Shown here: positions 12,001 through 24,812 of the stretch, piece by piece | How positions within the stretch are numbered: the stretch's first letter is position 1 | Layout: every line of letters starts with the position of its first letter | Source of the DNA: Takakia lepidozioides | Taxonomy: Eukaryota; Plantae; Bryophyta | Direction: 5' to 3' | Length of the DNA: 64,000 nt | Assembly: GCA_030704615.1 (NCBI GenBank) | Contig: CM060732.1 | Coordinates: forward strand, 46,004,001 to 46,068,000 | Made by a program: the position numbers and the translations under genes | Notes under the pieces: generated by a model | Told to the model about the DNA's origin: nothing | The model's input: only the letters and a program-made list of their open reading frames with translations | The model's database searches: none

Positions 12001-15000
12001 CAGTCTGCTGAAAGTGGCATGTGAGTTTGTCAGCTAGAATTTAGGGGTTTTGTCTGTTACGGAAACCATTACTCCTTGAATCTCATTAAATAGGAGATTT
12101 ATGCATAGTTCTAAAGATCGTTACTGATTTTCAGGGTTGACAAATTTTGGGAATACTGACGATGAGGTAGCCTCAGCAGTAAAAGCAGGCCTAATGACTC
12201 CAAAAGTCCAACTTCTGGTGAATGCTCTCTTGAAGTACAGGTTATTTCTTCTTTTCTTTTCTTTTTGAAAGGACTATACCCTAGTTAGAAAATCGAAAGG
12301 AATGGTTCTTGACTTCCAATTTTCGACTTTGTCAACATCAAGGTTGATGGAGTTCTCACTTCACATCACTGGCAAAGTACAATGTAGGCTTATGCTTAGA
12401 AGATTAATGGTGGACGATTATGACAAAGTAATGCAACAGTCTACACTTGAACTAAATGTGCCATGTGTGGGGACTTTGCATGAGAACAAGTCTCTTTTGA
12501 TCCTACCTGGTTTTGTGGCATAAGATCATTGTCATAAATTCAGAGGATGACCTCAAATAGATAGACATCTCATGTGTTGTGGATTGAACCTCCAAGTTTG
12601 TAAATCATCAGTTGCAAATTATGTTTGTTGACGTCCTTTTTGCAATCACCCTCCAGTAGTGGCTTTGCATGGCTTTCCTGGTCCACAGCATTTTGGCTCA
12701 CTATGGTGGCTAGCATAGCAAATACAGCTGCAGGACTAGTCGTTGCTTATGTACCGTTGTTGTTTCTAAAGACTGAAATGTGTTCTTTGGTGTTGTAGGG
12801 AGGTTGACGACATAAGCTGCATTGTCTTTGTGGATAGAGTGGTTGCGGCTGTGGTTCTTGCAAGCGTCGTGACCCACCTAGGTTGTCTCTCGACATTTCT
12901 CCGCTCAGACTCTCTGACTGGTTTCAGTGGTCCTGACTCCAATCGTAATCAACAGCTTCGGACCATTGAATCCTTCCGAGCTGGCAAGGTGGGAAGTTCC
13001 TTCTCGTGGATTTATTATGCCCATGCAGCTAGGCTAATTGTGACGAGCCATGATTCATTACCAAGTTTTTCTAACCCTCCCTCTATGTTCTAGCATAAAA
13101 GGAAACTGGGATTATTTTAATGACTATAATTAGGTAGTTCCATTTATAGATAAAGCATTGCTTCATGGAGGTAGGGGACTTCTAGATATAAGAAGCTGGC
13201 ACTTGTGTCTTGCACGGTGCCTTCCATGGTTGGTGGGAGAGCTTCAGTAAAATCTGTTTTATATTTTTTCCTATTATTCCTGATCCTATTTCCAACATGG
13301 TATCAGATAATGCAATATGATCAATCTTGAGTCTGCAGGTGAACCTTTTGGTGGCCACGGATGTTGCTGAAGAAGGTCTGGATGTCCAAAGCTGCAAATC
13401 TGTCATTCGTTTTGATATACCGAAGACTGCAAAAAGCTCCATCCAGTCTCGGGGTCGTGCTCGTCGGCCTGGCTCTGACTTCATTGTGTTGATCGAAAGG
13501 TTTGGATAACAACTCTTTAAGTTAGTCTTGTTATTCACATCTGTCTTGTTATTCAGGGAAAAGTCTTAGAACCAGCTGCCTGTGATTTGAAGCCATATTG
13601 GCTTGTCTTGCCTCAACCAAGACCTGATACAGTATATTGTGGTGTAATGGAGTAGGGACAACGTGAAACAGGAGAACCTGCTGCATTCTGTGATGACTAG
13701 TGAAGCGTCAATGAGGGAGCAAGCTCTCGACAGGGTTCACATTCAGCCTAATGCTAGCTTGCCACCGCAGGTGGCAGTGGAAGCCTTCCATGTGGAGGCA
13801 ACTGGCTGCATAATGGACACCAACTCCAGTGTTGCCTTCATCTATCGCTACTGCTCCAAGTTGCCAGGAGACAAGTTTGTCACCCTACCCTTTCACTAGA
13901 TGATGATATTGTACTTTGGTTGATCTAGACAATTGACGTCACTCGTTCATGGGTTTCCGCTGTGCTTTTCTTTTCGATTTTTGTGAAGGAGACAACTACA
14001 TTGACTTCCTTGGAATATGTGTTCTATCTTCCCTAATGAATGTTGGAACATTTATATATATGATTCTATTCGTTGGATGTGACAGATACTACATCCCGAG
14101 GCCTGAATTTTTCTTTGAAGAAAAAGAAAGTTTGCATGTTTGCACAATCAAACTGCCCCCAAATGCCCCTATCCCCCATGTTGTTGGATCTGCACGGCGG
14201 GGTGCTCTTTTAGCCAAACAAGTGGCTTGTTTGGAGGCCTGTAAAATCTTGTATGCAAATGGCGCACTAAATGTCCACCTGCTGCCAATCTCTGACAACG
14301 AGCAGCTAGATGAGGAAGAGTGCATGAAATTGAAAAATACTACTGGTGCAGGTACACTGAAGTTCTTTGATTGGTTTTGTTCTTGATTCACAAGTCTTCT
14401 CGTTTGAGGTGTTTCTGTTTGTGGTTGTGCTTCAAATTGGGGTTTCCTGCTTGCTGGCACCCCCACAGAACATATCTGGCAAGGAGCAAACTTGGACAAG
14501 CTAATTGCTAGGATAAGTTTGGAAAGTGATACAGGTTTGTCAGCAACTGTAATTGTGGGGTGGTCAATCTAATCTTCAGAATTTCTTAGGTACCAACAAA
14601 CAGAAGGAGCTCCATTCAACTGTGGTGACAGCTGCCTTGCAAGGTGGATGGGCAACAAGCACGGGAGGAGCATGCCTGCATGCGTATAAATTAATGCTTA
14701 CCTCAGATACTCCTGAAGATAAAGCCTTCACAAATTTTGTGTTTCTGCTGGATTCAGAGCTTGATGATGATGTTGCACACCTGGAAACTCAGCTATACTT
14801 GACTCGTGGAAGGGTGGCAAGAGCTTGCTTTGCTCCAGCTGGGAAAGTCAAGCTCACCTCAAACCAGGTGACATAGTAACTGTAAGGTGACCAGTGACTT
14901 TCAGTGAATGTGATAGTTCCACACCATGCTGTGAAAGTTGAAGAGAACCATGGTTGAGCACTCATTGACACTACTCAGAGCTGGTGATGATTGCTTGGCA

Positions 15001-18000
15001 CCTGACTCTCTGGTGCTGGACCTGTTGGAAAACCTAACACTCTGTCCAATCTTGCAGATTTTGCTTGTATCACACCATGATTCTGTATGTGCAGCAAGAG
15101 TGGCCATGGGCTGAATCATCTTCTGTATTTCAATGTTGTGATTTTGCTACTTGCAGGTGATGGATGCGAAGGCATTCCAAGAGTTGCTATTCAATGGAAT
15201 GTTCAGTAAGCTTATTCGACGAACAAGAAAGGAAGGGGAGCCTGACAGGTTGTCGTGTTTGCTGACTTCTGCAACTCAGAAGGCAAAACTATGGCCTTCA
15301 AACCGAATCTACTTGCTACTACCATTAGTCTCCAACAGTTGTGCTGATTTGGCTATTGACTGGGAGGGCCTCAGAGCCACTGCCAAAGCTGGTGAGGCAC
15401 TTTCTCATGCTTTTAATCAGGAGAAAACTCAGGTGTCTGTAAGCCTGGCGAGATCTGCCATATCCTTTTGCAAGAATGGTTTTGCCTCATCAGTGATCAG
15501 GGGACAGGAGGGAAAGCTGCTTCAACTTGCGGAAGGGCGCACAATGTGTGCATCGCAAATGGTAGATGCTGCCGTGATCACAATTCACACTGGGAAGATC
15601 TACTCTGTCACACAGGTTCTACGTGATATCACAGCCCGTAGTCCCTTCCCTGAGACAAAAAAATCACAGCCGGCCGAATTTAGCAGCTACTTCGAGTTTT
15701 TCAAGGGAAGGTAGGTGATGGCTTACAGGAGAGTTATTCCTGGGGACTATTATGAATATTGTGAAGCGAGATCAAAACTCTGCTGTAATCTCAGCTGTTC
15801 TAGAGAGGAGATTTGAAGTTCCGTGTTTTAGTTGGGATATATAGTATGTTAGGTTGGATGGAAGCAAGTTAAGGCACAAGTTCTGGATAAAACAAGCAGA
15901 TTCAATATAGCATCATAAGTCTTGTGCCCAGGACTTCTTCGCCAAAAACATGAGTGTGATTGTCTTTTTGTCAGGCTTCCCAGAATTGGATGCTCCTTCG
16001 ACATGACTGTCAACTGGCTTGTATCTGCAGCATCCTTGGAGAAAGTTTTAAGAATGTAGTCACAAGATGTTGTTTGCCGTAGCAGAAACGAAATGAAATG
16101 GTGCTTTGTAATGTCCGTGGAAATTCATAAAGCTCATGGGATAAAATGGAAGAAAACATGAGAGAGGAAACAAAACCAAAGCCAAGAATAAGAATTATTG
16201 TTCGAGTGATTGTCTAAGGGTGAAGGCCTCGTGCAGGTAAGCTGCCAAGCATTTCTGATCCTCATAGTGGATCAGAAAGTTAGCAGAGAAAGTCTTAAGA
16301 AAGAAAATGAAAGGAAGTTTAATGTTCAGTGATTTACAGATCCTACAACTCTCCCCCAGCGAAGCCCATCAACTGCTTGGTGGAAGCCCTGCAACAATAG
16401 GTCTATATCTGGGTTAGGTGGTGCTAATAGTTTGTCCTGAACTATGTACCTTTCTGATGATTATGTATGTCTGTCTCAAAATCTGCAGACATGGGTGGCT
16501 GCTACAATACCCAGATCAACCTCTTCTTCAATTAAAGCAGACCCATCGTCCTCACAATCTTCTTGTGAAGCAACTGGAGAAGGAGAATGGTAAGAGACTG
16601 CATTTGCCTCCCGCTCCTCATAATGGACACCCAGACAGGAAGGCCAATGTGAGGGAAGAAATAGGAAATTGGCATGGCAGGAACTGGTCAGGTCTCTTCT
16701 ATAGTTCGGTGGATATGTATGGTCTGCTGTGGTGCAAGGAGTTGCTTGAGATATCTTGACTGAACCCTACCTTTACTGGGTTGAATCCTGCAGGAGAGAA
16801 ATCAAACGGTGTCCCTGTGGAGATGCCCCCAGAGCTCTGCCTGGTGGTAGGCTTTTCAAGTTCGGTGGTTCGAACATCATATTTGCTGCCTTCATTCATG
16901 CATCATGTGCATGAAGCCATGGTTGCCAGCCAGCTGCGGAGCCTAGTCCAAACAGCAGTGCCACACTGTCCTACCATACCAGTGATGAGGGTATTCGCCT
17001 TAACTATCCTGTCAAAGGAAACCAAAGAGAGAGATATTTGCAAACCATGCTTGTTGGAGCATGTTTGATTCTTTGATTTGTTTTGCTTTCAGATTGTGGA
17101 GGCGCTTACAACATTGCGATGTGAAAAAACTTTCTCTATGGAGGGCCTTGAGCTTTTGGGCGATTCCTTTCTCAAATATGCGGTCAGCCGGAAATTGTTT
17201 CTTGTTTATGAAAGAAAACATGAGGGCCAACTTTCTGCTCGACGAATGCGGGCTATCTGCAATGCAACACTGCATGGTTTAGCTGTCGCACGAGGCTTGC
17301 CGGTATGGATTCACTGATTCATGTTGGTATTGACTGGATACATTACCTGTGCTGTATTAATGGTGGGTAGTACCAGCCAGACCACTGAACATAGCACTTT
17401 CCCTGTTTCTTTGTCCAATAAGCTCTTTGAGCTTCCCATGGGCATTGCTTCATTTTGTTTCATTTCCTTCTTTCTCGGTTCTGCCACTAATGGCTGTGAG
17501 GTCTGGGCGGGCACCTGGTGTCCCAGTTTCCCTGCTGGGAAAAAAAGTTGGACCACAATAGATGGATCTGACTTATGGAACTTCACATCAGGTGGACATA
17601 GAAACCTTGGTCCTCCATGACGATAGAATCTTGCGGGCCAATTACCTGTCTGCAGCTCTATCTTTCCTCTCTTCTGAAGGCATTGGGGAGGTTCAGGATG
17701 GTCCGTAGATACAGATGCACTAGTAAGACGTTGTTTGGGCGGAACAGACATTACCTTTTGAGGGGCTCACTCCAGTAGTGGGACTTACCATGGTATAGAC
17801 AGTGTGTGGATACAGACTGATAGGTGGCAAAACGTGCACCAAGACGACCGACTATGCCCGCTGGCCCTGGGAACATCAGGGGAATGGAAGGGATGGACAT
17901 TTCTTCTTTCACTGCCCTTTCTACCATGAGTGGGAGATTCAATTGTCTATTCTCTGATATCCAATCTCTCACGGAGGTCTTCCATTACGAGGATCTGAAA

Positions 18001-21000
18001 TGCTTGGCAGCTTACCTGCATGAGGTGTTGACTTTTATAGACAACTCCTTGAGCAATAGTTGCTTTCGGGCTGCTTGCTAAGGGCCCCTCTCTGCTTGTG
18101 GAGGGTCCCTCTCTCTTTCTTGTTTCTTGCTTTCTGGTCCGATAAGCTCTTGGAGCTTTCCGCCATCGTTATAAGTATCATTTCATTTCTTCCTTGTTTG
18201 ACAAAAACCCCAAAACAAACTCTTCAAATGAATTCTCCCTCCTCTCTTGCTTTTGGATTCCCAATTTTTGTGGATAAGAAACTTTGTTTGTTGATTGTCT
18301 ACTCCTGCAGGGATACATTAGAGACGAACCATTTCATGCAACTCGCTGGGTGGCACCAGGCATGTCCTGCCCGAAAGTGGTAATGTGTCGATGCAACCTA
18401 AAAAATCTGCACGGCAATATCAATGGCCAGACACGCCTTAGAGACCAGGAGACCGTGACTGAGACTCTGACTAAAACAGCCAAGCCAAAGCCACTGGTAA
18501 AAATTGGCAAAAGTTGCATCAATGGCCACCGGTGGCTCTGTTCCAAGACTATAGCGGATGTGACGGAAGCTCTTATTGGTGCCTATTTGTTTGAAGGCGG
18601 CTCTGTTGCTGCTCTTAGTTTCATGCTTTGGGCTGGCATAGATATCAACTTTGACCCATCTCTGATGAAGACAGCAAGCAGGCGGTCATTAGTTGGTTTA
18701 GGTGTGAACCCTGGTGTAGATCTGGACAATCTGGAAAAAAGGATTGGATACACCTTTTGTAACAAGGGCCTCTTACTCGAAGCAATGACTCATGCTTCAT
18801 ACCAAGACCTCAAAGGAGGCTGCTGTTATCAGGTACACAATTGATTCCTCACCATGTCTGTTTGTCTTCTGTGAGTGCCCGTTTACTGTCTAGTGGAGAT
18901 TACATGATGTGTGTGGACTACATCTCTGTGCCATACAAAGTTGATATTGTGCCACATAGGCCATGCAGTTGAATGACATACTCTTTTGTCAGTGTTCTTT
19001 CTTTAAAAGGTGTTTCGAAAAGAAATGAAATGAAATGGTACTTTTATAACGTCCGCGGAATGCTCAAAGAAAAGAGAAAAGAAAGAAAAAGATGTAAGTG
19101 GTCCACCTAGAAGCAGAAAGTTGTTTCTCCATTCTCCTTCAAACCTAATTGTCAATATTTTGTCTCACCAATTTTGGCGGAAACAGCGACTCGAGTTTCT
19201 TGGAGATGCAGTCCTCGACTTGCTGATATCTCAGCACCTTTTTACGACACATCCAGGTCTGACTCCAGGGCGACTCACTGCTTTACGTTCAGCAGCTGTG
19301 AACAATGAGCGTTTTGCTCGTGTTGCAGTGCAACATAAATTCCATAGCTACCTGCGGCATGGCTCTGGTTTCCTGCTCAATCAGATCCAAGATTTTGTGA
19401 AGGCTATTGAGGCAGCTGGCAATGAGCAGAAGAATAGCTCATTTGGATGGGATGGAGTCCAAGGCCCAAAGGTAATTCGTCTACATCATCACACTTTGGT
19501 CAGAATAATAGCCTTGAAGTCCTTAAGTAGGAAGAGGAGTTTTAAAATGGTTAGGCATGTCACAGGGAGGCTAAAAGTCCTAGGCCTGATCATGAAAAGG
19601 AACACATTCTCCATCTTCCCTGTAATACATATCATGCAAGCATCCTAAGCTGGAAGTCCTCATTTTATGGGTTTGATGTCCGTAATGCACATAATTATAA
19701 AAACTGTGTCTCGTGCCTATGTACAGCAATATCCAAACCTAGGTATCATAAGACTTTGGAGGAAAATTCTGCCTTGCAGTCAAAGCTGCATAACAGTCCG
19801 GCATATGGAACACCAGAGCTCAAGTCCCAATGGTCACCTCACATATAGTTCTTAAAACTTCACTTGAAGCTGAGGTGCAATTCTTGTCTAGTGCTTGGTA
19901 TCTGGCTCTAACTTCCTGATTGCAGGTTCTGGGAGATCTAGTGGAAAGCATAGCGGGGGCTATTCTGGTGGACACCTGCTTCAATTTGGAAACTGTCTGG
20001 ACTGTCATGAAGCCACTATTGTCCCCAATTGTTACACCAGAGACTCTGACTCTGCACCCTGTTTGCGAGCTTCAGCAGCTGTGCAATCTGAAAGAATTTG
20101 AGTTGCACTGGCTTCTCACACAGGATGGCAACATGACAATTGCTACAGCTAAGGTAATTTTTCTGATCAGTGTTCAGCTGTTGGTCAAATGATGTACTAG
20201 TTGTGGGTGGAAAGGACACCGGTATTTCCTTTGTATCATCAGTCAACTTACCTTCTCTCATTTTTGGGTCTATCATCAGTTCAAAGGGGCATGATGATTC
20301 CTTGATTTGTAACAAATAAAAACTGATATAGTACCAAATTCTTTTCTCACATGCTCCAACCAGGTCAGGCCCAAGAAATCACCTAAAAATGGTCGCTGCA
20401 CCTGGCACTCTCCTAGTAGCATGCGGAACGTCAAAATGAATATGCATTAGACGTCTTTTGCTTGTGCGCCTCTACTTGGAAGGAGAAAATTCAACTATTG
20501 AAGTGTTCCTTTGAAATGTACTGATGAACTCTTATGCCATTATCCAGGTCAATACTGGGGATGACTCTATAGTAGGGACTTCACACAAGATTAAAGAAAA
20601 GACAGCAAAGAAGGACGCTGCACAGAAAATTTTAGCAATGCTGGAGGTGAGTGTTGGGGGGTTCTTGGCATCAACCCATGCCCACTCGTATTCACAATTG
20701 TTGTACAGTATTTGAATTCAGGGGGGTATCAAATTGCTGCTATAAGCAAATATTTGTCATGAATAATTGTACCCTTTGCTTGACAGACTCGGGGCCTTCG
20801 GCTTACCAGTGAAAGCACAGTACTCACCTCTTCACCATCAGAAATGGCCTTGCCAGTCCCCACACCAGCTTTTCCGAGTTATGTGGAGGTCTGCTCTGGC
20901 CTTGAAGCTGCAACTGTGGAGATCTGTCCTGGCCTGGAAGCCGCGACAATGGAGGTCTGTCCTGCCCGTGAAGCTGCAACATTGGAGGTCTGCCCTGGCC

Positions 21001-22217
21001 TTGAAGCTTCTACAGTGGAGGTCTGCTCTGGCCTTGAAGCCTCCGCAGTGGAGGTCCGCTCTGGCCTGGAATCTGGAACAGTGGAGAGCTTCCATGGCCT
21101 GGAAGCTGTGACAAGGAAGGTCTTTCCTGCCCTTGAAGCTGCAACATTGGAGGTCTGCCCTGGCCTTGAAGCCTCTACAGTGGAGGTCTGCTCTGGGCTT
21201 GAAGCTCCCGCAGTGGAGGTCTGCTCTGGCCTGGAAGCTGGAACAGTGGAGAAACTCCCTGGCCTGGAAGCTGTGACAATGAAGGTCTTTCCTGGCCTTG
21301 AAGCTGCAATGTTGGAGGTCTTCCCTGCCTTCGAGGCCACAACAGAACTGGAGGGGGTAACAGGAGAAGGAACAGTAGACAGAGAGAGAATGGCAGTAGG
21401 AGAAGGGGGCAAAGACCCTGCTGAAACCAAGACAGTAGACAGTGGTTTGGGATTGCCAAAGACACCAGCAGCACTTCTCCGGTACCTACAAATAGCAGCA
21501 GTCAAGAGAAAGGTTGAGGTCCAGGAAGATGCTTGCCGTGCAAACGCAAAGCGGGCGAAGTATTCCTGGTCTCGTGACATGGCAATCCTAGCCCCATGTT
21601 CTGCAGCAGCAGTGGCTACAGCAACTCCATTGACATCCCTGGAAGATGTCTGGAAGATGCCATTGCAACCACAACATGAAGCGCAAGCTGGTAAATGGAG
21701 TATTCATTGGCCCTATCCTGTCATTTCTATTTTCTATTTTTCTGCATAGATTGTGAGGTTAAGTTATTTGGTTACGCGCTAATAAAATTCTATGTGATGA
21801 TCTTTGGTCCAGGTGGGTTGACATCCATCTTCACCCAAAAGGTGAGGACTGTCAATAGCAGGCAGGGCTTGAACGAAGTCTGCATGATCCGCAAGTGGTG
21901 CACTCCAAAGTTTGAAATGGTGCTTGAAGAGGGCATGGCACATGCTCGCAGGTAATTTTCTGTTGTCCTATATTGTGTTGCTTTTTATAAGGTCCATATT
22001 GCTGCAACACCCTCATGTTCATAGGGATGGCTAACAGTCTTAAATTGGTTGCTTGATTCATCTGTGAAGGTTTACGTTTTCTGTGGTGGTGAACATGGAT
22101 GACAATGAAGTCGAATGCCGGGGGGAGTCAAAAAAGGACAAAAAGCAAGCCAGGGAATCAGCAGCCTCTGCCATGCTGCTACTTTTGAGAGAGAGGGGCA
22201 TCATTCCAGCTGAATGA
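6003..22217 (+). CDS. DCL3: Dicer-like RNase III, DCL3-type; 27 coding exons, ~1977 aa (DExD helicase, Helicase C, DUF283, PAZ, RNase IIIa/b, 2 dsRBD)
   Basis: Phase-consistent GT-AG model: 6003-6069, 6543-6810, 7175-7355, 8935-9048, 9489-9623, 10005-10077, 10281-10345, 10523-10654, 10857-11009, 11429-11567, 12135-12240, 12799-12988, 13339-13499, 13656-13874, 14086-14351, 14590-14867, 15157-15710, 16489-16589, 16794-16990, 17093-17302, 18311-18832, 19187-19471, 19926-20153, 20548-20646, 20787-21690, 21813-21951, 22070-22217. Motifs: RRYQLEFLEKA..NTILYLETGCGKT, DECHHA, GMTASP, VATDVAEEGLDV, QSRGRAR, YCSKLPGDKYY.P.P.F, EGLELLGDSFLK, YQRLEFLGDAVLD, KVLGDLVESIAGA. GTNKQKELH resembles the DCL3 GTTKRKELH motif. 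Dicer identity is secure; the subtype needs a phylogeny. Confidence 0.9.
7361..8495 (-). mobile_element. Cluster of non-LTR (LINE) 3' fragments with (TTTCA)n tails in DCL intron 3
   Basis: Minus ORF 7661-8155 has the LINE ORF2 C-terminal Cys/His motif RFRVGSHNLRIETGRW..R..RLCPAC....ETEAHFFFYCPLY. The tail motif gaaatgaaatggtactttataacgtccgcggaaagctc recurs near 7365, 7555, 8195, 8280, 8305, 8445 and 8460. Confidence 0.85.
16088..16270 (-). mobile_element. Truncated 3' end of the same LINE family
   Basis: gaaatgaaatggtgctttgtaatgtccgtggaa...aagggtgaaggcctcgtgcaggtaagctgccaagcatttctgatcctcatagtgga matches 7555-7730. Confidence 0.8.
17560..18190 (+). mobile_element. Degenerate copy of the same LINE family in DCL intron 20
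   Basis: gatagaatcttgcgggccaattacct...ggcattggggaggttcagg and aaatgcttggcagcttacctgcatgagg match the reverse complement of 7680-8000; ends in tatcatttcatttc. Confidence 0.75.
20883..21344 (+). repeat. Coding minisatellite in DCL exon 25: 14 x 33 bp (consensus VEVCPGLEAAT)
   Basis: In-frame units VEVCSGLEAAT, VEICPGLEAAT, MEVCPAREAAT, LEVCPGLEAST, ... LEVFPAFEATT, including a duplicated 5-unit (165 bp) higher-order block. Confidence 0.95.
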
Positions 22218-22689
22218 CAAAATCTTTTATTTTCCAGCTCTCACCAGGGGTACAGTGTTAGATTATTTTCCCTGATCTCCTAGTAATCTCATTTTAGGTG
22301 CCAAGGTATCTTGCCCCAGAGTCAGTGATGACTTCTAGATAGTCCAGAGACCTGGGAGTGATACAAGTTGGGGAGAGAATTTCTCCCATGCAGGAGCATA
22401 CTGGTTAGGATTAATTACCAGGAACCCCTTCATTGGCCCCAATATGGCCCGGGACTTTCCTGAAACAAAGAAATAAAATGTGGGTGGTCCAATCTTCCTC
22501 CATAAGGGAACCTGTCGATTGCTGATGGGAGTTTCGGCCACAAAGGTCTACCATGGAGCATGGAGCAGCGTGCGGATTATGCTCAAAGCTTTGTGTGGTT
22601 ATCTCTGTCAATTCATACTACCATGGAAGGCTTGAATCTCCCTACATGCAAGGAGTTCTGTACATATTCCAAAGCCGAATAATGAGATG

Positions 22690-23620
22690 GCAAAAGAGGT
22701 CACTATATCGCTTAATGCTTTGAAAGAACATGGGCCTGATAGATTAAGATGTATCACTTCAAGATACCTCCTCTGGACTTGGGTTTCAAGGTGGTATCAC
22801 CTCTACAGGTCTTTATGGTCCTTTTTCGAGGTATTTTCCCTCCCTTCTCATTTTGCTTGCAGCAAAACGTCTGAACAGTCTGTCCCAGCGGTTTTGTCTA
22901 GTGAATTTTCGCAAATTTTTGACCTCAAAACTAGTGCCAAGTGAGATGATACTTCCAGACTTTGTCAGATTACCCATTGATGAACAACACAAAACTGAAC
23001 AGTACAAATAGCTCACTTGCAATGCCGCACTGATTCATAACGCTCATACTCATCCATCACAGTCTTTGCCCTTGTACTTTTTGGTGAGTGACTTGGCCAT
23101 GGATGGCCCGGTTGGTGCGCGAGGATACTGCAGCTGCACCATAACGTTGCAATCCTTAGTCAATTTCTTGACCTCTTTCGTTGGCAACAGGGTACAGCCA
23201 AGCATACAGAGCATGTACTCCTTCTCTGTTTCTATAGAGACGCCCTCCAAAAGTAGCTCATTTGCGAGAAACCAGGGGTCATCTCAAAGCGGGGGTGAAT
23301 GCCCCCTCCATAGAAGATGCTACTCTTGGATGTAATTACCAGCTGAAGTACACGTGAGACATTAAAACTGTTCTTCGAACCTCCTGCATTCTTATTCAAC
23401 TCCACATCTTGTGAGCGAGAATGTTGCCAGTTGCAACGACATAGTGGGGTATCTCGGAATTAAATCTCTCCTTGACGAATTTGGTTGTGGGAGTGGATTG
23501 TAGAGCATAATGGGCTTCAGACAGTCCCCATTTTGAAATGAGAAAAGGTTCTGCAGCATCCACCATGTAGGATCTCCCTCTAAGAGATCGGTGTGTGAAA
23601 CCCATCCGCGTTCAGCAAGA
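22690..23620 (-). mobile_element. Possible decayed plant-mobile-domain (PMD)-like TE fragment
   Basis: Broken minus-strand frames contain EYMLCMLGCTLLPTK and FVKERFN, which resemble PMD motifs; many stops. Weak recognition only. Confidence 0.3.
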
Positions 23621-23664
23621 CGCCTCCCTTGGTTATTTTCGAGCATTTCAGGCAGGTTCCAAAA

Positions 23665-23897
23665 ACATTGACGATGATGACGTGGTTACAAAACGTGGCT
23701 ATGATGACATGGCATAAATGACGTGGCGTAAATGACGTGGCAAAGCGTAAATGATGTGGCACTATGGCACCCTATTCTTGCTCTACGCTAAAACTAGTCT
23801 CTGACCGCAACGATGACACGACATAAATGATGTGGCACTATGGCACCCTACTCCCGCTCTACGCTAAAACTAGTCTCCGACCTTCGGTCGTCACTAG
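23665..23897 (+). mobile_element. Putative non-autonomous Helitron-like 3' end with TGACGTGG microrepeats
   Basis: Short atgacgtggc repeats, a ~58-bp direct duplication (23748-23805 / 23825-23882), hairpin cgacc-ttc-ggtcg (23878-23890), then CTAG at 23894-23897. The next base is A rather than the canonical T. Confidence 0.45.
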
Positions 23898-24149
23898 AAT
23901 AATGCCTCCTCATAAGCTTCACCAAGCCCAAAGATAAGGGTCCTGAAACAACCAGGAAATCAGAGGATACAATCAAGGCCCTTGACTTCCAACATCGAAA
24001 TTACCAGACACAAAATGACACATCCTGCGACAGCTTGAGACTTTACCAACTTTCAAATCAGTTCCAAGGCCAATCCATACCACTTCGAAACAAAACAAGT
24101 GCGGATGCCTCCATCAGCTATGGTTCGCTCGCAACGTATGTGAAAGAGA

Positions 24150-24757
24150 TGGCCTAGGGACCTCGAGATTTTGATGTCAACAGTGGCGGTGGCAGCATTT
24201 GGCTTCAATGCTGGTGCCTTGACAAGCTGGCTGTAGTTTCCCTTCTGCTTGAAGAGCTGAGAGTAGTGGTGTTTGCAATAGAGCCGACCTGCAAGGGCTG
24301 CATAGTTGGAGGGGCTGATCACACTGCCCCCATGCACACACTTGAAGCAATTCTTGTGATAGGGAAGGCTCTCCACGCTTGTCCTTTCAATGGGGTAGAC
24401 TGTCTTGTTGCATACACTTCTCTTGCGTCCCGGAAAACAGGAGCGAAGAGGGTGTCTTGTTCAAATTGTCCAGCTGCTGGTCAGACGGAGGCATATTTGG
24501 TGTTTACCCCATCGGCACTTTTGTTCTCAAAGCTCTTCTCATAGCTACCGGTCAGCTTGAACAGCTGGTTGAAATGCGGCTTGCAGTGAAGGACCCCTTC
24601 CAAGGATGCATAATTCCCCAGCTTCAAGGTTCCCTTGCAATGGTTGCGTCGGAAGCACGCCTTGTGGTAGATGATACCGTCGGCTGCCAACTGGTCGACC
24701 AGATACACCGTCTTCTGGCACGCCGTGCTTTTTGTTCTGTGTGCCTGAAAACGCCAT
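24150..24757 (-). pseudogene. Processed (intronless) pseudogene of a plant two-LIM-domain protein (WLIM/PLIM type)
   Basis: MAFSGTQ, frameshift, ACQKTVYLVDQLAADGIIYHKACFRRNHCKGTLKLGNYASLEGVLHCKPHFNQLFKLTGSYEKSFE; second LIM FSGTQEKC, frameshift, YHKNCFKCVHGGSVISPSNYAALAGRLYCKHHYSQLFKQKGNYSQL. No introns; frameshifts; a Zn-ligand Cys replaced by Arg. Confidence 0.9.
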
Positions 24758-24812
24758 AGCGATTCCCACACCACCCCCACACTTCTTCCTCTCTTCCCCT
24801 CCGACCTTGTCA

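Noticed and set aside
20844-21749. Stand-alone 301-aa repeat protein
   Set aside because: Flanked by in-phase splice sites linking dsRBD1 and dsRBD2; better explained as DCL exon 25.
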